Shown here one piece after another: positions 27,939 through 40,709 of a stretch of 64,000 bases of DNA. Under the pieces are notes generated by a model. The model was not told the DNA's origin. It saw only the letters and a list, made by a program, of their open reading frames with translations, and searched no databases. Each line of letters opens with the position of its first letter. Within the stretch, counting starts at the first letter, position 1. Source of the DNA: Adineta vaga (lineage: Eukaryota > Animalia > Rotifera); NCBI GenBank assembly GCA_021613535.1, contig CP075497.1, forward strand, positions 8,680,001-8,744,000, read 5' to 3'. The position numbers were made by a program, and so were the translations under genes.

Positions 27939-29330
27939 ATGCAATTTGAAGTATCTGTTGCTTTAAATTTTCTTATTGCTTATCTTTATAATAAATTACC
28001 TCGTCGGTAAGTATTTCTATATATACATACCTATTTTATATTTCTATATATATATTAATCTTTAACTTTGCTATAGCCGGGTAAATATGTTGGGCGAACA
28101 AATGCTCGAACATTTACGCATTAAATTTCAAGGTCATTGGTATCCAGAAAGACCAACTAAAGGTTCAGCATATCGATCTATACGAATTAGTAAAGAAAAA
28201 GTAGATAAAGTTTTGGTCAATGCTGCTATCGATGTTGGTTTGGATTTACAAGAAATACTCGATACATTACCAAATGATTTAACGATTTGGATCGACCCAG
28301 GTGAAGTTTCATATCGTATTGGAGAAAAGGGACCAGGTAAATTTTCTTGTCGATTACTTCTTTCTTTTTACAAATCAATTATTTTTAGTTAAAATTTTAT
28401 ATGAAGATGAACGACGTTTACTTCGAAAAAGTACGAATAAAGATAGTCTTAACAGTGAATCATCAAGTGATAGTGAAGAACGTGAAGGACCATTATCTCA
28501 TCAAGGTAAACATCTTAATTGAATTTTTGAAAAAAAAGTCATATTTTATTACATTTCGAAAATAATCTTTATGTAGATTCTGATGTTCCCATCCGTCCGT
28601 TTAATCCCGATGCGCAAATATTTCAACCAATACCTGATAATTTTGATACAATCTCTTTACTTTCCAATTCTATAAATAGTCTTATCAGTTTATCTCCCAC
28701 ATCCTCATCAGCATCTAATAATCAGAATTTAAATTCATCGAGTGGCTCATCATCATCAGGTCTTGCTACAGCTACAGCTACAGTTACAGCTACAACTACA
28801 ACATCATGGAATACCAATGAACATTCATTAAATCCAACATTATCATCTCCAACGATTGCAACGAGTCCGAATACAGCTATATTAAATAAAACTATTTCAA
28901 CACCTGTTTTTTCTCCTCAAACATTTGCTCAAACGAAATTTGGTTCATTAAAATCGAAACATGCTGGAAAACGCAGTCAATCAAAGTAAGAAGAATATTT
29001 TTTGAATAGAATAATCTTTAGTTCTCATCAACTTTTGTTAGAATGTTACCAAGTGAATTTTCTGCATATATCAAACAAAAAGAACAAATTCAACAATCAA
29101 GAATTTTACCAATGCCATTCATTGATAATCCTAATCCGATAAATTCATCTGCATCTGCTGTTATTCGACCACCCAATTATCGAAATTATTGTAATTCATA
29201 TGTAACACATACACAATTGAATTCATCAATGTTTAATCATGATTTTCCATCGAGACCGAATACATTACCATTAACAAATGGACCGTCATCGATGTACGTT
29301 GAACAACAAATGACAAGTTCAACCTCGTAA
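27939..29330 (+). CDS. TOB: Tob (BTG/Tob family antiproliferative protein), 5 exons
   Basis: [54 protein letters not shown]; PAM2-like FNPDAQIFQPI; Tob motif TFAQTKFGSLKSK. Confidence 0.95.
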
Positions 29331-29367
29331 AACGCAACTTAATTCTTTCTTTGTGTTCTTTTGTTAT

Positions 29368-29409
29368 ATTTATTTATTTATTTATTTATTTATTTATTTG
29401 ATTTATTTT
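29368..29409 (+). promoter_or_regulatory. (ATTT)n AU-rich element cluster in the Tob 3'UTR
   Basis: About 8 overlapping ATTTA pentamers starting ~40 nt after the stop. Confidence 0.5.
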
Positions 29410-29785
29410 AATCGTTGTTTTTCTTTCTTTTCTTTTGGTTATATGGCCTCGGTTTTGTACTCTTTTCGTATTTTATCTTATTATTATATAATTTATTAAT
29501 CGATGTTCTTTTTTTTCTTCTGTTGTATTTGTTTCGTGTTATTTTATCTTCTCTCTTCCACAAAATGACAGAACAGTTGCATTCCTCTTTTTCCCAAACA
29601 TTTTTTTTTCATGTATAAAGAGAATACAATATATTGTTCCACATTCCACTAAGGTGAATTCGAACCTTTATTATAGAAATTTCTAATCAACACTAGATAA
29701 TAGTTTTATTTTGTGAAAAAAAAACAAACTATAAAATGTTCATTTCTGTTTTCTTCTTCTTGAATGTTTTATTCAAGAATATAGT

Positions 29786-32083
29786 TTAATCATTAGCTTC
29801 AACATTGCGGAAAAGATAACTCATGGATTCTTGATTATGTATACGACGAATTGCTTCGGATAATAGAAGACTTATATCAACGGTTTTGATTTTTGAACAT
29901 TGAAGTTTAGCAAATTCATGTGGAACAGTATTTGTGACAACGACTTCTGATATTTGAGATTCTTCGATTAACGATGGTGCATCGTTTGTAAAGAGTGCAT
30001 GTGTTGCTAATGCATAGACTTTATATGCACCACGATCACAAAGAATATCAGCAGCTTGAACAAGTCCAGCAACATCATCAATCATATCTTCTACCATAAT
30101 CGCTATGCGACCACCTACATCTCCAACAACATCCATTGGTAATTTACCTTTGACATGAACGTCTACAAAAGAAAGACAAAGAAATACATTTATTAATTTA
30201 AATTTCTATCGTTTCTTTTTGTTATTTATTATTATTATTAGTTTTATTCAATGAAGTCACGCAAGCAGTAAAGTTATTTTCTTTCTTATGTATATAGTTC
30301 ATCAGAATATGAGTAGCGGAAACGGATTTTGATGGCCGGATATCGTCTTTCCTATTACAACGTATTTTTCATCGGAAAGAGAAGTTCCGAATAGTTTTCT
30401 AATCGATCACAAATGGTTCGATTATATTTTTGTCACGAAATAAAATTAAACCAAAACTTTTTCATTTTCTATCTATCAAAATTAATTGAATAAATTTTTT
30501 TCTCATGCAGAAATAAAGAATATCTTCTCAAATAAATAATTGTCACTGTCTTGACCGTAGATTTGCTTTTCCACTAGATTGACTTAGGAAAAAAGAAGAA
30601 GAAGAAACTCGCGTTCATGCAGAAGAGCACATATATGAAGATAGACAATAATTACTTGAGCCTAAGGCAAGTGACGGAATGGTAAATACACTTCGACGTT
30701 TTGACATGGATGCAATCGAATTATTATCTAAATCAGATGATGGTGGTGGTGGTGGAGAATTTCGTCCATCAGCTTCTTCACTTTCTATTTCTCGATCTTG
30801 ACAACCATGTATGACAGCAATATTTAATTTTAATCGCTCAGCAAAACCTGTGACACGTTTAGCTTGATTAGGTGTACGTGCAACAATAACTGAATTACGC
30901 CAATCAGGAATCTTTGAATTATTAAGAAGAAAAAATGTTCATTCTTCTTCGAAATTGTTTTCGAATTACTTGTTGTTGAATATAATCCAATAGAAAAGAT
31001 GATGCACGTAAATTATCAACTGGTATGTCAAAGAAACCTTGAATTTCTTTCTGATGTAAATCAACTGTTATCAAATGTGTTAAACCGGCTTTCACAAGCA
31101 TTTGAGCAACAAGTTTCATTGCAATACATCCACGTTTCTTCTGTTTACTTTGTTTACTATCTATAAATAAGAAATTCTAATCAAAATCAAATCACTCGAG
31201 AAAAAATAAAAGTAATTCACTTACAAGGTAAATATGGTAAAACTCCCTAGAAACATCATATTCTTATTGGCACACATACATATATCTTGGCAGAAAGAAA
31301 CTTACAATAATATTTTTCGCACATGATGTTTTACATGCATAACTCATGATCATCAATTCCATTAGATTATCATTTGGATCTCTAGATGAAATGAAGTTGT
31401 TTGAATGAATTCATTACAATATAGATTTGTATTTTACTTTGTTGAACCTGTTTGAATAATAAAAACATCTTTACTTCGAACAGATTCACGTATTTCAACA
31501 TGAGTTTCTAAAGAAAAATCAATGATTAGTTGTTTGCGTTGAATTGCTTTTCGACAAACCTTTATCCGATTTCTTATACACACGACATTCACCAAGTGGT
31601 TTTATTCGACTAAAAAGAACAGTTTATGAGTGAATCATTTCGAAACTAATCGAATTTTTCCATTTATTATGTTAGTGCATATAAAATGTGAACATGTGAT
31701 TAATAACGCACATACTTACTGACTACTGTCTGATTTGTATGAATGAACAATTCTATAAAAAGATAAAGAAAAAGCAACATACACCATGTTAAGATTATTA
31801 TGAGAGATTTAGTTCAAACAGGTGCAGTTAAAAGCTGAAAAATATCATTTGATAAGTTTATTTTGTTGTTGATGAACTTTTGTTAGAATGATGGGCACAA
31901 AATAAAACTTACCTGGAAATATTTTCAGCCAATTCAGGATATGAATTACCGGTGAGAATCACTAAAATAAAAAAAAGACATCGTTCCATTGAATCATATG
32001 TACAATTCAAAGCGAACGAATCTAATTCAATTTTAATACTATTACTTACCCATTTCGGAGCGGCCAGTACGATCGGCAGACAT
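29786..32083 (-). CDS. PRPSAP: PRPP synthase-associated protein (PRPSAP1/2-like), multi-exon
   Basis: [58 protein letters not shown], 'DGRNSPPPP' insert, [36 protein letters not shown]: PRPSAP signatures rather than catalytic PRPS. Confidence 0.93.
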
Positions 32084-33072
32084 ATTCTTTTTTCAAAATC
32101 TGTGATAAAACCAAAACACAAGATAGCATATACATATAAGATAAGTGAAATATTTGTACTATTTTTTTTTTAGAGTTAGAAGAAAGAAAAAATAATATTC
32201 TTATCTTTTGCTTGTTCTGCATATAACATAACTGATCAAAACGATCCTGAATTAACGAGTCATGTTTTTCAAGTCGTCCGATAAACAAAATTAATCACAT
32301 TTTACTTTGATGTGTGTAGAAAGTGAGAGAAAAGTGTTTTTTTTGTTCTCTGAAACACTTACTGCGTTTGAAAAGCAATGATCAATTGAAGAGGAGATTT
32401 TTAGTGGTTAAATACATTTGTTTATAGAAACTCGGAGTACTCTCAATGAAAATTATCTTTCTCTCCTCTACTGAATAAAACAAGGTTGATAAACTATTCT
32501 ATTTTGACAGACGTAGATCTTCTCATAGTCTGTTACTTTAAATAGGATTCTCTAGAAAAATAATAAATATTTTAAAAAAACTTTATTTCATTTCTATTTT
32601 ATTATTTGAGAGTTTAAATAACCAATTATTGCTTCATGTCGCTAGTTTACAGACTTTACTTATTTTAAAGACGAAGAAGAGAAAATGAAACTTCGTACTT
32701 AAAACTGCAATGTGCACAATTGACGTATGTTAATATGTGATGATTGATATGGTTTGAATACGTTTGTATTATTCGTTTTTTTAGAAATATGTCTCAAAAC
32801 ATAGAACCTTTGAATAATTTTGTTTTTTACATATATATATATATATATATGTACTGTGATTTTAATTACGTCTCCTATTGGCGTGTGTCATAAAAAGAAA
32901 AGAAAAAAACTTAATCAATATATTTTATTACGCTTAAAAAATTAGAGTGTCATCACTGATTCTATGTTACTAATCATGTCTCTATTAATTAGCATCTTCA
33001 AACACATCATATGATTTAAAGCCGAAGAAGGTATATTACTTCAATTTTTATGATTTTATCTCGTGAAAATAG

Positions 33073-33488
33073 AATGCACCGGTCGGACGATTTTGTTGCA
33101 TTTAATCGAGACAATAGTAAACTTGTTCAAATACGAATAATATTCTTACAAATAGATAATGAAAGAAAATATTGTATTTATACTACTGAAATAACTGTTT
33201 TATATCATATTGACTCTGTACAGGTACAATTTACATACACGCGGGACATGTCAGTGCTCGTATAGGTATTGCAGCTCGATGATTAGTTGATGATTCGATT
33301 TTGTCAGAAATCGATCAAAATACACTTCAAAATCTTGACAACGATCACATTATTCATTTACCGGATGATTTCATTCAACAACAACACAACTGGCATACTA
33401 AACTTGGAGGATGGCACGCTGTCATTGTCGTGGTCCATATCGATATCGATGTATAATGAAAGAGAAAGATCGAAAGTATCGAGAGTGA
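33073..33488 (+). pseudogene. Internally deleted pseudogene copy of the adjacent pLGIC gene
   Basis: 33273-33404 matches 34705-34836 with 8 mismatches in 132 nt, including TGG->TGA; followed directly by LGGWHAVI and RGPYRYRCIMKEKDRKYRE, homologous to the parent's M3 and C-terminus. Confidence 0.85.
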
Positions 33489-34495
33489 CTGTTAGAATTT
33501 AATTGAATTACATGGAATCGTGGAATAACATTTGCAATGAAGTTATAGCAGACAAAAACTCATCGTTTTTTACCTGAAATTTAATAAATAGCAAAAGTAC
33601 AGTTGCTGATCTGGCGTCAACAATTTCATATTCACTTCTGTAACATGAATTAAAGAAAACTATGCTCAATTGGTTGATACAGTCGGTCGACTTTGCTTTC
33701 TTGAGCAGAAGAGAATACAATCCATGCATGTTTTTATTAAATAAAATTATGTTAAGAATATAGTGGAATCAATATAAAAATGAACAAATTGAACAACGTC
33801 GTGCATTAGCAGTCAAAGTGGATAATCAAGGAAAATAGTAAGTCCGTAATAGAAAGAACGTCAGAAAATTATATGAATCAATACTTTTGTCTCTTGCATT
33901 GTAATTATATTAAAACTAATAAAAATAAAAGGTAGTTTAGAAACTGTAAGCGATCGCCAATGCATAATCAGAAGTAAATGTTCTACGTGTAAAATGAATT
34001 TCTTTTCTCATTACATAATTTTATATCTGCAGTAGTATCAATACTGGCAATGGTTTCTTTCTTTAACAAACTATAGAAAAATTGACTAAAAATATCTTTG
34101 TAATATTATGAGAAAACGAATTTTCCATTAGTTGAATGAAGCAGTTATATTAATAATAATCATATATTCATAAAAGAGTAATTAATTACCGTAGTATAAA
34201 AGAAGCCTGTTGAGAATATGCACTATTTTCTCTTTCGTTTCTTCGTTCTTGCATATTTACTCTGTCACTTCAGTTAAATAAGCAATACCAGAAAAAAGAA
34301 TAAAGTAAATGAACTCCGAAGACGCAAATTATTTTCACGTGTAACAACCACGTTTCATTCTGTACTCTGTCATCTATCATGATGAGTTATATATCGTTCT
34401 TGATTTTTTACTTCATTTTATACGAATACAAACTTCTATAGTTTTGATGAATCGTGACGAAAACCTTCTCATTTCATTTCAATTTTCACAGCAAA

Positions 34496-35937
34496 ATGAG
34501 CGATAGTAAAAGTCAACGAGAACATTCTTCTCCATCGAACAAAGATACTAAACGATGCGTTGAAATACGATTAATGATCTTACAAATGGGTAATTAAATC
34601 TTTTTGATGTAATATAATAACAAAACTTCTTTTTTGAAAATTAATATCTATTTAGGTAGTATTAAAACACAAACTGAACAGTTCAACGCTCATTTAGTTA
34701 TAGAAGCTCGATGGTTAGCTGATGATTCGATTTTGTCAGAAATCGATCAAGATACACTTCAAAATCTTGACAATGGTCACATCATTCATTTACCTGATGA
34801 TTTCATTCAACAACAACACAACTGGCATCCTAAACTATTTCTTCTCAATTCCACTATCAACAAACAAAATGAACACATACGATATAGTCTTAGACGTGAC
34901 GGCGATGATGATCATCCATCATCTCAAATCTATGTGCGAGAACATCGCATCATTGATGCATCTTTTTGTACAACATTTCATTTACATCACTATCCAAATG
35001 ATATTCAAGAACTAAGCATTTCGATTGGATCATCATTGTCAAGTGAAAAAGTGAAACTAGTCTCACATCCAAGTATTGCATCTGGTATCAACAGAGAAGT
35101 GTTTGAATCTCAACAAGAATGGCATTTATATGAACATGTTGAAGTGAAATCACGAAATGTGCGAGGTTATTTATCGGTGGCAGATGAAGATGGTGACTTG
35201 GATAAGCCAGGACGAGAGAAAGAAAGAAGTGTATTGACATTTTCATGTCATGTTGGTAAGTGAGTGATGGAATAATGATAGGAAAGGTAGATATAATAAA
35301 TTGTTTTGTAGCTCGTCGATCTCGATATTTCTTTTGGAACAATTATTGTATTATATTTCTCTTGACTGTCGTTGCATTTAGTTCATTTGCCATTACCGCA
35401 GAGTAAGTGAGCAAAATATTTATATGTTCTGAAAAATTATGAATGGAAATTTTTGTTTCTGATATAAAGTCAAATACAACAGCGTCTTAGTGTTGCTTAC
35501 ACTCTTCTTCTCAGTCAAATTGCTTTTCGATGGACTATTAGTGTTAGCAATCTGCTGGTTTGTTTGTTTTCTATTTTCAGTCTAGAATAATCTTGTATTT
35601 TTAATCATAGCCACCAATATCCTATCTAACAACGATGGACAAATATTCTATCATATCAATGTTTTCTCTCGTTATACTTGGAGCTTGGCATGCTATTATC
35701 GGTTCACTCATGTTTACATACCATCATTCTCAGCCAGTCACTCCTGATACAAATTGGTTATGGGTTGATCGTTATATCTTTTTTACTTTAGCATTTCTGT
35801 ACATTGTTATGCACTTAGTATTTATTATTTGCCATTTTCGTGGTCCATATCGATATCAACGCAAAATGAGAGAAAAAGACATTCGATATAGAAATGAGAA
35901 TTTAGGAACAGAACGGAAAAACTCAAGTGATGTTTAA
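34496..35937 (+). CDS. Cys-less (Pro-loop) pentameric ligand-gated ion channel subunit, 5 exons
   Basis: WHPKLFLLN (loop A WxP), FHLHHYPNDIQEL (Pro-loop), QEWHL, pre-M1 ARRSRYFFWN, M2 QRLSVAYTLLLSQIAF, LPPISYLTTMDKY, M3, short loop, M4 WVDRYIFF. Confidence 0.85.
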
Positions 35938-36356
35938 AATACATAACTACGATTAACACAGTAATAGATACGATCGATAATCTTTATTTATTTTTATGAG
36001 AGATTTATGATATCTAGATTGTTGTAAGAAATATAAGTTAGGAATTGTATTAAAATATATGATAACAATGCTATGGAAGACGAATTTCTCAAGTAACAAT
36101 ACGATATTTCGATTACATTCAATTTTGGTGAAGAAATATTTCACAGATCTAAGCAACTAAAAGAATGTATAATATTTCCATCATACTACTTCTCATATTG
36201 CATGATAAATCACTTTTTTCATCATATGAATATAAGACTTCTTGATCACATGTTTTTTATTACTCATTATCGAGTAGTTCTTCAAGAATAGTCCTATAAG
36301 AAAAGGTATGACTATCTAGGTCGCATGTCTATTTTAAAAAGGTACTCATTATCAAC

Positions 36357-37415
36357 ATGAGAATTTATCCAAATTCATTTTGTCAATTAGGTTATTTCGG
36401 AAATTTCATTCAAGACCTTAGCGCTCGTACATTAATGCGATGTGTTATTGCATCTCAAAACAATGATCAATGTCGTATAGCTAATTATAATTCTCAAACA
36501 CGCATTTGTTCACTTATCAATGAGAATTCATTTATAGGACAGATCATTTCCTTATCAACAGACAACTCAATTATTTTCTTACAACTATGTATAGATCTAA
36601 CTCAACAAGAACCGGAATATTTATATTTTGGAACTTATCAACCAGCAGTAACACTTCAACATACTATTAATAATTCTCAACAAGCAGCAATGATTCATTT
36701 ACCTGTATATATTGCTCGTTATATTCATCGACTGGTTTCTTGTATATGCAAGAACATAATGTTGATACAGTACATGTCTATGAATATGAAAGATATACAC
36801 GAAGTCAAACATTAAAAAATATTCTCTAGTCAAATGAAACGAAATTTCGATGCAGATTTTGCTTGGAATTATTTTGTTTCTACAGGATACAATTTTGAAG
36901 CTCGAAAATTATATACAATCAGTTCATCGAGCAATACGACAATATCTGTTACTAATGATTATATTGGTATTTGTCTATCAAATCGTTATATTACAGTTAC
37001 TAGAAAGATGTCTCATAGTTTGATTAATGTTTACGAATGATCCAATGGTTCATTAGCATTTCAAATAAGAACGACAATGGCACGTAATGGAAATACGGTT
37101 ATTCGTGATCATCTTTTTATTCTAACTGATGACGTTGGAATGAAATCTACGAATTTACTCAATCGAACCGAAGCAACGTTTATATATTGGCCCATTAGAC
37201 TAAATCGACAAGGTTTTACTAATATTGTTGGCGATTCATCTGATCGTACCTATACTGCTTGTTCTAGTTGTTTAGATTCATATCCTTGTATTGGAAGATC
37301 AGTATATAGTTTTATTAGTTATGGCTTGAATAATACTCAGTTAGAAACATTGGATAGTTACTGGTATACAGTTGGTCAAGCAAATATAATTAAATATCGA
37401 TCTTTTAGGTACTGA
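36357..37415 (+). pseudogene. Fragmented PAN/apple-domain-containing gene (probable pseudogene)
   Basis: 'CVIASQNNDQCRIANYNSQTRICSL' is PAN/apple-like; three consecutive same-strand ORFs are broken by an apparent frameshift (~36720-36830) and an in-frame TGA at 37038-37040, without clear introns. Confidence 0.5.
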
Positions 37416-38212
37416 ATCTTTCTTAAATCAAGTTGCCTTGTTTGAATATTGATCAATCTAATGATGTCGTATGTGTATTCAATATATTTAAAAGAATAAA
37501 AATGAATTAACATTTATCTAATAGAGATTAATTGTAATCATCTTATTGAGATACAATGTAGAGAACTACGTAATAATCTTCGAAAATAACCTATGAACTA
37601 ACATGATTACTTTGCTCTGTTGGAGAATATCTGAATAGAGAAAAGAATTCTTTAGAGAAGAAATAAAAAAATGTAATTCTATCTGCTTCATTAGGCTTGA
37701 TTTTCACATAATTACTCTTCCATATAGATCTATATATTAGAATAATATTATGATATTGCATCGTTATTGAGCTATCAATATAGAAAACTATGAATACATA
37801 ATCATCGAGAAAAGTAAAAGTAAACATACATTTGTATGAGAGAGAGAGAGAGAAAAGAAGAATTGAAGACGTCTCTAAATAAGAGAATGTTTAATCAATA
37901 AAAGAACTTTTTCTTTCTCTCTCTTTCTTTCTTTTTTTTTCAAATACAAATCTCTAGCGTCATCTACTGACAAATCACGCGCTGTTCTTTCTATAGAATT
38001 ATTACTTTTCATATATTGGTTGCCATTTCAAATTGATAGTCTATAAACAGGTAGAGACTTACATACATGTATTAACATCGTTTTTTTCCAATATTCTATG
38101 ATGTTATTCGACAAATGATAATATTCCGTAAGAAACTAATTAATTCTGTCGTAAACGAAATATTTTTCGTCTAGTTTTACAATGATTCTATTTGTTGTTA
38201 TTTAATATTACG

Positions 38213-39099
38213 ATGAAAGACAATCTTGTTGATCAACAAATAGTAAAAATGAATAAGAAAACAGAGATTTTATCAGGTAAATTATAAATTTATTTCATTA
38301 TTTATGAAATAAAATTAAATGCTTTCTTTCATTCTAGATAATGAAGATAGACCTCCAATGATGGCTCAACTAGCAAGTTTACAAAGACTAAAAGAAGTAT
38401 ATTTCATTTCTTTACATTTCTCGAAATTAAAAATAATTTTTCGTTTAGGTCGGTTGGTATTGGGGTCCGTTAAGTTGGATTGATGCTGAACGTTTATTAA
38501 AAGATAAACAAGATTATTCATTTATTGTTCGAGATAGTAGTCATCGTCATTATTTTTTGGCAATAACATTTAAATCCCAAGGCAATATTCATCATACTCG
38601 TATTGAACATAGTAACAGTTCGTTGAATTAAACATGAAAACAAAGCAATTCGTTTACAATAACAAAATTTGTTTTGATTTTGTAGATTCATTCAGTTTTT
38701 ATCATGGAAATTCCAAGTCACAATGTACGTCATCTGATGTGGTAGAATTTATCGAAAATACAATAGAACATTCAAAATCGGGTCAATTTATGTTTTTTAT
38801 TCGATCAAGTATACCCGGTTTGTATAATTTTGTATGAAAACACATGAATAAATCATTCATTGTGTTCTTTTTTGTTTTGTTTAGGTCAACCGATGACACC
38901 CGTTCGTCTTCTATATCCAGTTTCACGTTTTGCATATATGTCGTCATTGAAACACATAGCCCGGTTCGTAATTCATCGACAAATACGTCGCGATCGTATC
39001 GATGATTTAGATCTTCCATTACGATTGAAATCATTTTTAAAAGAAGCTCAGATCTATACAGAAAACATCCCATCATCGGATGATCTCTCAGAAACTTAA
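38213..39099 (+). CDS. SOCS7: Suppressor of cytokine signalling (SOCS7-like), 5 coding exons
   Basis: SH2 GWYWGPLSW..SFIVRDSS..HHTRIEHS; 'FFIRSSIPGQPMTPVRLLYPVSRF' and SOCS box SLKHIARF..LDLPLRLKSFL. Confidence 0.88.
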
Positions 39100-39501
39100 C
39101 GAAGAATATATTTTTTTCTCTTTTGCATTTCAAAACAACTGAATTGTCTTATTCAGTGCCTTATTTCAACAGATTTTTCAAATAAACTATAACAGTCTTT
39201 TTCGTTTTTGGATTATGTGTGATTGTTTTCAAAATACTTCTGTACGTATTTTTTTTGATATTATGTGAAGAAAATATAAATAAGAGAAATGTTTGTTTGT
39301 TTTTTGTTCGATGTCTATTCGTTGAAAGAATACATCTCCTAATAGAAAACAAGAACAAGTTTCATTTAAATAAATCTGAATATAATCAAATCCATATTTT
39401 ATTAATGATCGTTGTTATGTGTAAAAAAATCATATGGATTCTAGATTATTGTGATAGGATAATCGAAACAAAAACTGTCTTTATTTACAATAGGTCGAAA
39501 A

Positions 39502-40400
39502 ATGGCAGTCACGTTTGTGACAGGAAATAAAGATAAATTAGAAGAAGTTCAAGCAATTTTGGCAGATGTTCTACCAAATTTACGTTCACAAGCATTGGAT
39601 TGTAAGTATCTTATTATAATGAACTGAAAAGATAGAAGATGATGCGAATATGACATTGATAATCTCATTATGATCGTTCTAAGCTCAAAATAAGTGAACA
39701 AGAGTCAACATCCGTAGTTATAAACAAAAATGTGATTTGCATTACAGTTGAAGTTCTCTTCATACACATACACGTAGTTATATAAAAATTCAAACGTACA
39801 TTAGTTGTTAATGATAGTTTAACATTGCATACACCTGCTACCATGTATAGAACTATTTATAAATGAAAAAATATATTTCTCATATTAGTATTATATAGAT
39901 GTTTTATAAATTTTATAGTACCTGAATATCAAGGTGAATCAGATGATATTTGTAAAGCAAAAGCTAAATTAGCTGCTGAACGTATTCAAGGACCGGTTTT
40001 AGTGGAAGATACTTCTCTATGTTTTAATGCATTACATGGTCTTCCTGGTCCTTATATCAAATGGTTTGCAGATAGATTAGGTCATGATGGACTAAATAAT
40101 CTTCTTGCTGCATATGAAGATAAAACAGCTTACGCACAATGTATTTTTTCATTTTGTGCTGGTCCTTCAAGTGAACCGATTACATTTGTAGGACGCTGTC
40201 CAGGACTAATTGTTCCAGCACGTGGACCAAATATATTTGGATGGAATCCAATTTTTCAACCTGATAATGAACAAGGTCAACCAGGTGACGAAACATTTGC
40301 TGAAATGAATAAAGCATTAAAAAATCGAATTAGTCATCGAAGTCAAGCATTAAAATTGGTTAAAGATTTTTTCAATAAACATCCAGAATATCGCTCATAA
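39502..40400 (+). CDS. ITPA: Inosine triphosphate pyrophosphatase (HAM1 family), 2 exons
   Basis: [58 protein letters not shown]. Confidence 0.96.
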
Positions 40401-40709
40401 TATTGTTTTTCTTTTCATTTTGTTTTCATAAACAACAAGAAAATTAATGGAATACTTCCTTTTTCTATTAAAGTGAGAAGTTCAAATGATTCACTGAGTG
40501 ACACGTAGTATGTATTAGGTATGATTATGAATCAAACAATTATCAAAGGTATTATATGAGAATAATGACAAGTATTATATTACTAATGAAGCAGAGGAAA
40601 TTCTAAGAGAAAAGACTTTATAGTCTTATAAATAACATTAAATGTAATTCATTATTCATAAGACTAGATTTCGAACTGTTTTTGTCAGCAGTATACAGAC
40701 GAAAATAAG

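Noticed and set aside
5914-39099. LRRC41-like and SOCS7 (both BC-box adaptors), or CFAP44 and CFAP20-like, as functional clusters
   Set aside because: Separated by >20 kb of unrelated genes; co-occurrence is expected by chance in a gene-dense genome.
39100-39501. SOCS7-ITPA as an operon (acceptor just before the ITPA ATG)
   Set aside because: The 400-nt gap leaves room for a promoter, and a possible donor (gtaaaa at 39421) could pair with the acceptor as an ordinary 5'UTR intron.
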